Assembly (NCBI GenBank): GCA_963716515.1
Contig: OY970319.1
Coordinates: 2,013,290-2,077,289, forward strand
Reading direction: 5' to 3'
DNA length: 64,000 bases
From: an uncultured Acidimicrobiaceae bacterium
GTDB lineage: Bacteria > Actinomycetota > Acidimicrobiia > Acidimicrobiales > RAAP-2
Below, in pieces: positions 39,976 through 49,218 of the stretch. The position numbers and the translations under genes are program-made. The notes under the pieces were generated by a model that was not told the DNA's origin, searched no databases, and was given only the letters and a program-made list of their open reading frames with translations. Every line of letters begins with the position of its first letter. The first letter of the stretch is position 1.

Positions 39976-42351
39976 TTACGAACCGTCCGCCGGCGCCGCC
40001 ACAATCTCGTACTGGGGATTGAGAATCACCGCTTCACGACGCAGCGACGTGACCGTACCGCGAACGAGCAGGCGCGTACCGCGTTCGATGCCGGGGATGT
40101 TCGAGCGCCCCTGGAAGACCAAGGTGACCGAACCGGAGTTGTCGGCGATGACGCAGCGCAGTTCGTGGCCGCCACTCTCATGGTTGATCGCCATCGAGCG
40201 GACCCGCCCGGCGATCTCGGCGAACTGACGCTCGACCAGTCCCCCGATCGGTTCGGAGTCGGCGGAGCGCTCGGCCAGTTTCACGTCGGCCACCAGATGC
40301 GCGCTGTCGCGCACGCCGCCGCGGACCACTTCGTCGCTGCGCGGCGCCTCTTGCATGGCGCCTTCGGAGAGCTTGCGCACCGCGCGATAGGGCACGATCG
40401 TGGCGGCCGTGCGTGGCACGTGCATGACCGCGCCGGCGATGGCGTCGGCGCTGCGGTCGTGCAAGAACCGCTGCAGCCTCGACACGTAGCCCCGGCGCGG
40501 CAGGATGACCATGCAGAAGACCTCGGGGTCGCGCACGATGTCGGCCACCAGTTCCAGGGCCGCGCGGTCCACGCGCCGGTCGTCACATTCGACGATCTCG
40601 AGCGTGATGCCGGCCGACGCCGTGCCGGGTGAACCCCATTTCTCCTCGAGACGGGCGGTGACGACCGGGTCGATATCGAAGTGGACCGCGCGAATGGAGT
40701 AGGCGTTCAGCGAGAGGCAGTAGAGCAACGAGCGCTCGGTCACCAGGTCGTAGGTGTCGACGAAGACCACGACCCGGTTCATCCGGATGTTCATGGTCGC
40801 GCCCTTGCCACTCACGGCTTCGAAGGCCCGCTCTTCGCGCATGTACTGCTTGTTGAGACGAATCAGTGCGTAGTACATCAACGGACCGACCACGGCAATG
40901 ATCCAGGCACCCTCTTTGAACTTGGCGATCAAGAAGATGAGGACCACCAACGAGGTGACCGACGCGGAGAGCGCGTTCACGAAGACGCCGAAACGCCACT
41001 TGCCCGTCTTCTCGCGCAGGTGCCGCGCCACCATGCCCGCGCCGGCGAGGGTGAAACCGGTGAAGACGCCGATGGCGTACAGCGCGACCAGGGCGTTCAC
41101 GCTGGCGTTGAAGACGATGATGAGCGTCAAGGCCACGACGCCCAACACGATGATGCCGTTGGAGAAGGCCAGGCGGTGACCTCGCTTGGTCAACTGGCGG
41201 GGTAGGTACTTGTCGGTGGCGACGTAGTTCGCCAGGAACGGGAATCCGTTGAAGGAGGTGTTGCCCCCGGTATAGAGGATCAGGATCGTCGCGAACAGAA
41301 CGGCGTAGTAGATGAAGTGTCCCAGTCCGTGGCCGCCGAAGATGTCGAGCACCTCTTGACTCACGACCGTGGGCGAGCCGGCCGCGTAAGGAATCGCGTG
41401 CGTCCACGCCGCGATCAGAGTGATGCCGAGCAGCAGGAACGCCAGGATGCTGGACATCGTCACGAGGGTCTTTCGAGCGTTGGGCGACTCGGGTCGTCGG
41501 AAGCTGGCCACCCCGTTCGAGATCGCTTCGAGACCGGTGAGCGACGAGCCGCCGTTGGCGTAAGCGCGCAGCAGCGAGATGAAGGCGAGGCCCATCAAGA
41601 CGCCGGTGCCCTTCGATCCGAGATGATGATCGATGAGATCCCTTTGCAGCGGCAACGGGATGCGATGCAGGGTGCCGGCGAACTTCTTGGAGACCCCCAC
41701 GATGATGGTCGCGCCCATCATCAAAACGTAAAAGTACGTCGGGAAGGCGAAGTAACTCCCGGCCTCCTTCAAGCCTCGAAGGTTGCCGTAGATCAGTACC
41801 AGCACCACCCCGATGGTGATGAGCAACGGAGCGGGCGGGTGACGCAGTCCCGGGAGCGCGCTGGTGAGCACGGCGGTGCCGGCCGAACATTGGACCGCGA
41901 CCGTCACGGTGTAGTCAATCAAGAGCGCCACCGCGGCGATCTGGGCGATCTTGGGACCGAAGTTGTCGCGCGCCACCACGTAGGACCCACCGGCGGTCGT
42001 GTAGTACTTGATGACGTCCATATAGCTGGTGGTGACGAAGAACAACACGCCGAGAATGACGAACATGATCGGTACGACGAGGGCGAAGGCGGCCAGTCCG
42101 ATGAACGGCGTCATCTGAGTGAGGATCTCTTCGGTGCCGTACGCGGAGGACGAGATGCAGTCCGGCGCCAAGACGCCGAGGGCGATCGCCCGATTGAGCC
42201 GCTCACCGCTCAACTGCTCGGTCACGAACGGCTTGCCCAGGAAGATCCGCTTGATCCGGTAGCCCAGCGTCTCGGGATAGACGTCGGTCAGATTCGCGTG
42301 GGACGTCAGAATCAGCGAACTATTGGTTATCTGCTTATCGGCGTCTGACAC
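39976..42351 (-). CDS. KimA-like APC-family K+ transporter fused to a C-terminal OB-fold domain
   Basis: SSSAYGTEEIL, Y..GGGSY.VA..NFG, LTGLEAISNG, GNTSFNGFP, LYAIGVFTGFTL, cytosolic domain, then IAGRVRS...LVFQGRSNIPGIERGTRLLVRG.V...ILNPQYEI. Confidence 0.8.
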   Translation of the reverse strand: MSDADKQITNSSLILTSHANLTDVYPETLGYRIKRIFLGKPFVTEQLSGERLNRAIALGVLAPDCISSSAYGTEEILTQMTPFIGLAAFALVVPIMFVILGVLFFVTTSYMDVIKYYTTAGGSYVVARDNFGPKIAQIAAVALLIDYTVTVAVQCSAGTAVLTSALPGLRHPPAPLLITIGVVLVLIYGNLRGLKEAGSYFAFPTYFYVLMMGATIIVGVSKKFAGTLHRIPLPLQRDLIDHHLGSKGTGVLMGLAFISLLRAYANGGSSLTGLEAISNGVASFRRPESPNARKTLVTMSSILAFLLLGITLIAAWTHAIPYAAGSPTVVSQEVLDIFGGHGLGHFIYYAVLFATILILYTGGNTSFNGFPFLANYVATDKYLPRQLTKRGHRLAFSNGIIVLGVVALTLIIVFNASVNALVALYAIGVFTGFTLAGAGMVARHLREKTGKWRFGVFVNALSASVTSLVVLIFLIAKFKEGAWIIAVVGPLMYYALIRLNKQYMREERAFEAVSGKGATMNIRMNRVVVFVDTYDLVTERSLLYCLSLNAYSIRAVHFDIDPVVTARLEEKWGSPGTASAGITLEIVECDDRRVDRAALELVADIVRDPEVFCMVILPRRGYVSRLQRFLHDRSADAIAGAVMHVPRTAATIVPYRAVRKLSEGAMQEAPRSDEVVRGGVRDSAHLVADVKLAERSADSEPIGGLVERQFAEIAGRVRSMAINHESGGHELRCVIADNSGSVTLVFQGRSNIPGIERGTRLLVRGTVTSLRREAVILNPQYEIVAAPADGS

Positions 42352-42449
42352 TCATTCGATACTAAACGAGGCCTTACAACGGCTTTGGCGACGCCGCGCG
42401 GGCACTTCGTTAGTTGCGCCTTTATCGCGAAGTGTGTTCAGATGACGTG

Positions 42450-43103
42450 GTGCATATCGTTGTCGTCGGCTGTGGTCGAGTGGGATCAGAGCTCGCGATG
42501 CAGCTCTCCGAAGAGGGCCACTCGGTGGTCGTGGTCGACAAAAATCGCGATGCCTTCCGGCGATTGCACCACTTTCACGGCAAAACTATCGTCGGATCGG
42601 GCTTCGACCGTGACGTACTCTTCCAAGCCGACGCCCGTCGAGCCAACGCGTTGGCGGCGGTGACCAGTGGCGACAACACGAACATCCTCTGTGCGCGCAT
42701 CGCGCGTGATAACTACGAAATCAAGAACGTCGTGGCGCGAATCTACGACCCCGCTCGGGCCGATATCTACATGAAACTCGGCATCCCGACGGTGGCCACG
42801 TCGCTCTGGACGACCCAGCAGGTCAAGCGCTGGCTGCTGCCCGCCGACGACTCGGTCGAGTGGACGGCGAGCTCGGGCACGCTGCATTTGGTGGAGCGCA
42901 TCGTGCCCGACGTGCTGGCCGGCAAGCCGATCAGTTTCTACGACCACGGCGACAGCATCCGGGTGGTGGGACTCATTCGCGGCGGTCAGGGCCGCGTGCA
43001 CATCGACGGTCTGTTCGCCCAAGAAGACGACGTGCTCGAGTTCCTCGTCACCACCGAGGGACTCGACGAGTTGAAGTCCCTCATCGAGAACGGTCAGCGA
43101 TGA
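42450..43103 (+). CDS. trkA: TrkA/KtrA-family RCK protein (CeoB-like)
   Basis: IVVVGCGRVG, GSGFDRDVL, AAVTSGDNTNIL, VVARIYDP, LGIPTV. Confidence 0.92.
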   Translation: MHIVVVGCGRVGSELAMQLSEEGHSVVVVDKNRDAFRRLHHFHGKTIVGSGFDRDVLFQADARRANALAAVTSGDNTNILCARIARDNYEIKNVVARIYDPARADIYMKLGIPTVATSLWTTQQVKRWLLPADDSVEWTASSGTLHLVERIVPDVLAGKPISFYDHGDSIRVVGLIRGGQGRVHIDGLFAQEDDVLEFLVTTEGLDELKSLIENGQR

Positions 43104-43768
43104 GAGTCATGATCGCCGGCGGCGGCTCGGTGGGCGTCTCGATCGCGCTGGACATGGTGGACCGTCACCACGACGTCACGTTGCTCGAGCAGGTCTCCAC
43201 GACGGCCGAGCGCTTGAAGGCCATGATGCCGGGCGTCAACGTGATGGCGGCCGACGCGTGCGAATACGCGAACCTCGCCGCGGCCGACCTGCGAAGCGTT
43301 GACGTGGTCATCGCGGCCACCGGCGACGACGAGGACAACCTCGTCATCAGTTGGCTCTCGAAACAGGAGTTCGGCGTTCCCCGGGTCATCAGTCGCATCA
43401 ACAACTCGCGAAACGAATGGCTCTTCAACGAGAGTTGGGGCGTGGACGTCTCGGTGTCGACGCCGGCGCTCATTACCTCGCTGGTCGACGAAGCCGTCGA
43501 GGTCGGCGCGATCATCAACCTGATGGATCTGGCGCAGGGACGGATGCGACTCATCGAGGTGACGCTCGCGGAGAACGCGCCCGCGGTCACCAATCACCTC
43601 ACGCTCGACGAACTGCACCTGCCCGATTCGGTGCGCGTGGTGGCCGTCGTTCGCAGCTCCCAGCCGTTGGTGCCGTCGCCCTCCATGCACTTCTTGGAAC
43701 ACGATCACGTGATACTGATCACTCGCGCCGACGCCGCACAGGAGTGCGCGTCGGCCTTCGTCGGTTGA
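43100..43768 (+). CDS. trkA: TrkA/KtrA-family RCK protein (CeoC-like)
   Basis: MIAGGGSVG, AATGDDEDNLV, FGVPRVISRINN, WGVDVSVSTP; ATGA overlap with the preceding gene. Confidence 0.92.
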   Translation: MRVMIAGGGSVGVSIALDMVDRHHDVTLLEQVSTTAERLKAMMPGVNVMAADACEYANLAAADLRSVDVVIAATGDDEDNLVISWLSKQEFGVPRVISRINNSRNEWLFNESWGVDVSVSTPALITSLVDEAVEVGAIINLMDLAQGRMRLIEVTLAENAPAVTNHLTLDELHLPDSVRVVAVVRSSQPLVPSPSMHFLEHDHVILITRADAAQECASAFVG

Positions 43769-43809
43769 TCGACGGACCACGCAAATCTGACCGGACCTAG
43801 CATGGATGA

Positions 43810-44574
43810 GTGCGAGCGGCCTTCTTTGACCTAGATAAGACCGTGATCGCCAAGTCGTCGCTGGTGGCCTTCGGCCCGGAATTCCACGCCCGCGGACTGT
43901 TGCACCGTCGCACGCTGGTCTGGGGAGTGCTGAGTCAGATGATGTTTATGCGCTTCGGCGCCGACGATGAGAAACTCGAGAAAATTCGCGAGTCGGTCTT
44001 GCAGATCACCAAAGGGTGGGACCACCTCGAGGTAAAGAAACTGGTGGCCGAGACCATCAACGAGGTCATCGAGCCGTTGATCTACGAAGAGGCCCTCGAG
44101 CTGATCGACCACCACCTGGCCCAGGGCGACGAAGTGTGGCTGGTGAGCATGTCCCCGGCCGAGATCGTCGAGCCCTTCGCCGAACTGCTCGGCATCACGG
44201 GCTCCATATCGTCACGCGCGAAGATCGACGAGGAGGGCAAGTTCACGGGCGAGATGGAGTTCTTCGCCCAAGGGGAGAACAAAGCGATCGCGATTCGCGA
44301 ACTGGCCCAGAAGCGCAACATCGACCTCAACGAGTCCTTCGCGTACTCCGACTCCGAGACCGATATTCCGATGCTCGAATCGGTCGGGCACGCGTACGCC
44401 GTCAACGCCGATCGTCACCTGGCCAAGGCCGCGCACGAGAGCCAGTGGCCGCTCCTGAGTTTCACGCACCCGGTGCGGGCCCACGACCGGGCGAAGTCGC
44501 ACACGCCGTTTTTACTGAGCGCCATCGTGATCGGTGCGGCGGCCGTCCTCGGACGGACCTACCAGCGCCGTTAG
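43810..44574 (+). CDS. HAD-IB subfamily hydrolase (SerB-like)
   Basis: AAFFDLDKTVI, YEEALELI..H, AYSDS.TD.PML..VG....VN.D. Confidence 0.9.
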   Translation: MRAAFFDLDKTVIAKSSLVAFGPEFHARGLLHRRTLVWGVLSQMMFMRFGADDEKLEKIRESVLQITKGWDHLEVKKLVAETINEVIEPLIYEEALELIDHHLAQGDEVWLVSMSPAEIVEPFAELLGITGSISSRAKIDEEGKFTGEMEFFAQGENKAIAIRELAQKRNIDLNESFAYSDSETDIPMLESVGHAYAVNADRHLAKAAHESQWPLLSFTHPVRAHDRAKSHTPFLLSAIVIGAAAVLGRTYQRR

Positions 44575-45524
44575 AGCGTCAAGAGGTCGCGCGCGCCGGT
44601 GTCGGACGAGGGGTGACGAAGTTTGCTCATCGCCCGGGCCTCGATCTGGCGAATGCGCTCGCGCGTCAGGTTCATCTCGGCGCCGACGTCTTCGAGGGTA
44701 CGGATCTCTCCGGCCCCGTCGAGGCCGAATCGCATGCGCAGGATCTTCTGCTCGCGCTCATCGAGCGGCTGGAGCAGCTTCTCGATCGCGGCCGGCATCA
44801 TCTTCACGGCGGCCACGTCGAAGGGCGACTCGGCCGAACGGTCTTCGACGACGTCGCCTAGTTCGGCGTCACCGTCTTCGCGCAGCGGCTCGGAGAGGGA
44901 GATCGGTTCGGAGCGGAATCGCAAGGCCTCGATCAACTTGTCCTCGGGCATCTCACACTCGTCGCAGAGTTCCTTGATGGTCGGGGGACGGCCGAACTTG
45001 AGTTCAAGACGGGACTGGGCCTTCTGGACCCGGGCCAGGGTGTCGCCGGCGTGCACCGGGAGCCGGATGGTGCGACCGGTATTGGCGATGCCGCGGGTGA
45101 TGGCCTGGCGAATCCACCACGTGGCGTAGGTCGAGAACTTGAAGCCCTTGCGCCAGTCGAACTTCTCGACGGCGTGCATCAGCCCGAGGTTGCCCTCTTG
45201 AATAAGGTCGAGCAACGGCAGACCCGAGGCCTGGTACTTCTTGGCGATGGAGACCACCAGTCGCAGGTTCGACTGCACGAAGTCGCGTTCGGCCTGGTCC
45301 CCGCGGTGAACGGAGCGCTTCAGCGCCAGCTTCTTGCTCGGCGTGAGCTTGATCTTCTTGTCGTTTTCGGCGCCGTCGAGCTCGGCCTTGGCTTCGCGAC
45401 CCTCTTCGATGGTCTGGGCCAGGCGAACCTCATCGTCCTTGGTCAAGAGGGTGTATTGACCAATATCGGAGAGGTAGAGACGTACGAGGTCCTCGTCATC
45501 CCTATCGACGCGATCTTTTGCCAT
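44571..45524 (-). CDS. Group-2 sigma-70 factor (SigB/Hrd-like; no region 1.1)
   Basis: Region 1.2 LYLSDIG, NLRLVVSIAKKY, DLIQEGNLGL, FSTYATWWIRQAITR, LTRERIRQIE. Confidence 0.92.
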   Translation of the reverse strand: MAKDRVDRDDEDLVRLYLSDIGQYTLLTKDDEVRLAQTIEEGREAKAELDGAENDKKIKLTPSKKLALKRSVHRGDQAERDFVQSNLRLVVSIAKKYQASGLPLLDLIQEGNLGLMHAVEKFDWRKGFKFSTYATWWIRQAITRGIANTGRTIRLPVHAGDTLARVQKAQSRLELKFGRPPTIKELCDECEMPEDKLIEALRFRSEPISLSEPLREDGDAELGDVVEDRSAESPFDVAAVKMMPAAIEKLLQPLDEREQKILRMRFGLDGAGEIRTLEDVGAEMNLTRERIRQIEARAMSKLRHPSSDTGARDLLTL

Positions 45525-45587
45525 GGCTCTCCCTTGATACCCGACACCGGAGATTCCGGTACTACTAGTTATACGGGCATAGGCAAC

Positions 45588-46103
45588 TTACCGGGATAGG
45601 CCCAAACTCTCAGCGTTTCCGGCCGCGTCGAAGGTCTCGGAGAGCGCTCGGGCCAACGCCTGCCACTCGATATCGTCGATCGGCGCCTGGTCCTGGGCGA
45701 CCTCGCCCGTGGCTCGGATCTCTTTCACGCAGACCATCGAGGCGTGATTACTCAGCTCGGTCAGGGCCGACTCGTTCGTCAAGGCCGCACGCGCGTCCAA
45801 CAGGGTCACCAGGAGTCGTGGCCCCACGACCATCGCCATGGCGTAGAGCACCAGGGCGCCCGAGGCGTCGCCGGCGACCGCGCGGCGCAAGACGTCGTCG
45901 AGCACCGGGAGCGGCGCCACGTCGGGGTCGTCGAGGTGTTCTCGCATCTCGAGCGCCAGTTCGCCGTAGGCCCGAGCCGTCTCGTAGGCGCGCACCACGT
46001 ACGCGTCGTTGGTGAGCGCCGGGGCACTCTCGCCGAGGACAATATAAATAGTGTCGTAACAAGCGAGGAGGTGTTGGCCGATCTCGCGATTCGACAGCGT
46101 CAC
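45588..46103 (-). CDS. Hypothetical helical protein coupled to nadE
   Basis: 171 aa protein-like ORF; GTGA overlap with the nadE stop. Confidence 0.6.
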   Translation of the reverse strand: MTLSNREIGQHLLACYDTIYIVLGESAPALTNDAYVVRAYETARAYGELALEMREHLDDPDVAPLPVLDDVLRRAVAGDASGALVLYAMAMVVGPRLLVTLLDARAALTNESALTELSNHASMVCVKEIRATGEVAQDQAPIDDIEWQALARALSETFDAAGNAESLGLSR

Positions 46104-47875
46104 AAGGTCTCTTGGCGGAAGGCGTTGGTAATCGGCATGCGTCGGTCTCGACCAAAGGCCTTTTTGGAGATCCGCACCCCCGGCGCCATCTGGCGGCGCT
46201 TGTACTCACTGCGGTCCACCAGTCGGGTGATCTGCAGGACGAGATCGGGGTCGTGGCCACTGGCGATCATGGTTTCGGCCGTGGCGTCGTCCTCCACGTA
46301 GAGCTCGAGCAGGGGATCGAGCACGTCGTAGGGCGGCAGCGACTGGTCGTCGCGTTGGTCCGGTCGAAGCTCGGCCGACGGCGCCTTGGTCAACACCTGG
46401 GCGGGAATTGGCTCGGGATCGCCGACCTTGGCCGCGATGTCGTTGCGGTAGCGACAGAGTTCATAGACCAGCGTCTTGGGCACGTCCTTGATGACCGCGA
46501 ACCCGCCGACCGAGTCGCCGTACAGCGTGGAGTATCCCGTCGCTATCTCGGACTTGTTGCCCGTGGTCAACACGATCGCCCCCGTGTCGTTCGAGATGGC
46601 CATCAGCAGGACACCGCGTATGCGCGACTGAAGGTTCTCGTCGGTGATCCCCGTGGGCTCGCCGTCGAGGACGGCGCCGAGGGCCGTGCCGAGGGCCGTA
46701 TGGGCGCCCTCGATCGCGATGGTGGTGATGTCGATATCGAGTCGCCTCGCCAACTCTTCGGCGTCGGCGACGGAGTGGTCCGACGAGTAGCGCGAGGGCA
46801 TGGCGAAACCCCGTACCGCGCGCGCCCCGACGGCGTCGACGGCGATGGCGGCCACTAACGAAGAGTCGACGCCGCCTGAGAGCGCGATGACCGCCGTGCG
46901 AAAACCGTTCTTGCGTAGGTAGTCACGCGTTCCCATGACCAACGCCTGGTAGACCTCTTCGACCTCGCTCAACGGTTCGGCGATCCGGTTCACGTGCAGC
47001 GCGGTCAATCGTTCGTCGTCTCGGGCGTAGCCGATGTTGAGGGGCACGCCGTGCGTCGATGCGCGAGCGTCGATGTCGCAGACCAACAACTCCTCACTGA
47101 ATGCCGGGGCGCGAGCGATGACGTCACCTTGCGCGTTCACGACCATGCTCTGCCCGTCGTACACGAGTTCGTCTTGACCACCCGCCAGGTTCACGTAGGC
47201 GATGGGACAGTTCGTCTCCAGCGCGCGCTCGCGCAGCACCGCCTCACGTTCCTCGCGTCGTCCTCGCGCGTACGGTGACGCGTTCGCGACGACCAACATC
47301 GTGGCACCCTGACGGGCCAACTCGGCGGCCGGACCGTTTCGTGTCCAGACGTCCTCGCAGATCAAGAGACCGACGGCGACGCCTCGAACGTTGATGATCG
47401 TGTGGGGCCCGACGCCCGGATGAAAGTAACGCTGCTCGTCAAAGACGTCGTAGTTCGGGAGCAGACGCTTGGTGGCGATGGCGACGACGCCGTCGTCGCT
47501 CAAGGCGACCAGGGCGTTGGCGATATGGGGCGATCCGAGTTCGCCGAAGGCCGGTCGCGCCACGTCGCGACCGTCACTCGAGGGCGCCAGGGCAATGTCT
47601 TCCAGACCCTCACTCACGACCGTGCCGACCAGGACCGGCGGCACATTGTCCAGGAGCGCCATTTCAATCAGAGCCACTCGGGAGGCCTCGATGAAGCCCT
47701 CTTTTAAAAGCAGGTCCTCCGGCGGATAGCCCATCAACGACAGTTCTGGCGTGAGCACGAGGTCGGCACCGGCCGAGGCGGCCTGGGTGCGAAAACGCCC
47801 CAGGGTTTCGACGTTCTGTGCAAATCCGCCCACGACCGCATTCATTTGGGCCATTGCGAGTCTGATCACCGGCAC
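46100..47875 (-). CDS. nadE: Glutamine-dependent NAD+ synthetase
   Basis: Nitrilase triad (PELSLMGY, K.LLPNYDVFDE, ICEDVW) plus SGGVDSS, ENLQSRIRG, GNKSE...GY.TLYGD, PSAEL; TAGGCT -10 lies 7 nt before GTG 47875. Confidence 0.96.
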   Translation of the reverse strand: MPVIRLAMAQMNAVVGGFAQNVETLGRFRTQAASAGADLVLTPELSLMGYPPEDLLLKEGFIEASRVALIEMALLDNVPPVLVGTVVSEGLEDIALAPSSDGRDVARPAFGELGSPHIANALVALSDDGVVAIATKRLLPNYDVFDEQRYFHPGVGPHTIINVRGVAVGLLICEDVWTRNGPAAELARQGATMLVVANASPYARGRREEREAVLRERALETNCPIAYVNLAGGQDELVYDGQSMVVNAQGDVIARAPAFSEELLVCDIDARASTHGVPLNIGYARDDERLTALHVNRIAEPLSEVEEVYQALVMGTRDYLRKNGFRTAVIALSGGVDSSLVAAIAVDAVGARAVRGFAMPSRYSSDHSVADAEELARRLDIDITTIAIEGAHTALGTALGAVLDGEPTGITDENLQSRIRGVLLMAISNDTGAIVLTTGNKSEIATGYSTLYGDSVGGFAVIKDVPKTLVYELCRYRNDIAAKVGDPEPIPAQVLTKAPSAELRPDQRDDQSLPPYDVLDPLLELYVEDDATAETMIASGHDPDLVLQITRLVDRSEYKRRQMAPGVRISKKAFGRDRRMPITNAFRQETL

Positions 47876-47919
47876 GAACGTGAGCCTAATGGGGCACGGC
47901 TCTGCAGACTCTGGCGAAC

Positions 47920-47942
47920 GTTCACACGCGGTTAACAAAACT
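47920..47942 (+). promoter_or_regulatory. Candidate GlnR box between nadE and glnII
   Basis: TTCAC-n6-TTAAC, resembling the 11-bp-phased GTNAC/GAAAC actinobacterial GlnR site, upstream of a glutamine synthetase; a short motif, so weak evidence. Confidence 0.35.
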
Positions 47943-48020
47943 GAGGGTGCCGCATGATCTCGCTGGACCAGACTGGACGGGAACGCACGCGGTGCGTAAT
48001 GAAATCTGTGAGGAGCGATT

Positions 48021-49125
48021 TTGAAGTATCAGGCCGAATACATCTGGATTGACGGAAGCGAGCCCACCCGCAAGTTGCGCAGCAAGACCAAGATCGTGAC
48101 GGCCGGAGAGAAGCCGCCCGTATGGGGCTTCGACGGGTCGAGCACGAACCAGGCGACCGGCCACTTCTCGGACTGCGTCTTGAAGCCGGTCTTCACGGTC
48201 CCGGACCCCCTACGGGGACCCAACGACGTACTGGTGATGTGCGAAGTACTCAACGCCGACATGACCCCTCACGTCACCAACGAGCGCGCCGCCACGGCCG
48301 CCGTCGCCAAGCAGTACGCCAGCTTCGAACCGAAGTTCGGTATCGAACAGGAGTACACCTTCTTCGAGGACGGGCGACCCTACGGGTGGCCCGAGGACGG
48401 ATACCCCGCCCCCCAGGGCCCGTACTACTGCGGCGTCGGCGGCGCCAAGATGCCCGGACGCGACATCGTCGAAGCGCACACCTTGGCCTGTATGCGCGCC
48501 GGCCTCGGCATCGAGGGCACGAACGCCGAAGTCATGATGGGTCAGTGGGAGTTTCAGGTCGGTGTGCTCGGCCCGGTCGAGATCGGCGACCAACTCTGGC
48601 TCGCGCGTTGGTTGCTCGTGCGCATCGCCGAGGAGTTCGGGGTCGACGTCAGTTTCGACGCCAAGCCCGTCAAGGGTGACTGGAACGGCGCCGGGGCGCA
48701 CACCAACTTTTCGACCAAGCGATGCGGGCGCCCGGTGGCTACGCCGCCGTGGTGGCGGCGGCCGAATCATCGGGCACCCGCATCAAAGAGCACATCGCCG
48801 CGTACGGCGACGGCATCGAAGATCGGCTCACCGGGGTGCACGAGACCGAACACTGGTCGAAGTTCACCTACGGCGTGTCGGACCGCGGTGCCTCGGTGCG
48901 CATCCCCGGCCAGGTCGCTCGCGGAAAAAAGGCTGCATCGAGGATCGACGCCCGAACTCCAACGTGGACCCCTACGTCGTCGCTCGTCTGATTACCGAGA
49001 CGGCGTGCGGCGCGGCGAGCGCCAAGGCGAAGGCACCCGCCAAGAAAGTAGCGGCCAAAAAGACGCCGGCGAAGAAGGTGGTCGCGAAGAAGGCTCCGGC
49101 GAAGAAAGCGGCCAGTCGACGCTAA
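48021..49125 (+). pseudogene. glnII: Glutamine synthetase type II with two apparent frameshifts (about 48720 and 48930; probably sequencing errors) and a Lys/Ala-rich tail
   Basis: AEYIWIDG, LRSKT, WGFDGSST.QA, GIEQEY, QGPYYCG, QWEFQVG, DWNGAGAHTNFSTK; continues in other frames as GVSDRGASVRIP and EDRRPNSNVDPY; GAGGAG RBS before TTG. Confidence 0.88.
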
Positions 49126-49133
49126 ACCCGTGG

Positions 49134-49169
49134 AACGAAACCCGCCGCCAAGGTGCGGCGGGTTTCGTT
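49134..49169 (+). terminator. Intrinsic terminator after glnII
   Basis: AACGAAACCCGCCGC-CAAGGT-GCGGCGGGTTTCGTT, a 15-bp stem. Confidence 0.8.
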
Positions 49170-49218
49170 GATTGCGGACCAGAAGTGAGACTGGCGGGAA
49201 GGTGCGAGAATGGCTCCT

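Noticed and set aside
42352-42449. Possible ydaO/c-di-AMP riboswitch ahead of the KimA-like gene
   Set aside because: The spacer is under 100 nt, the gene looks leaderless, and no ydaO motif is visible.
43769-44574. Possible Ms1-like RNA beside the HAD-IB gene, as in mycobacteria
   Set aside because: No room: about 40 nt upstream, and the 3' end overlaps the sigma factor gene.
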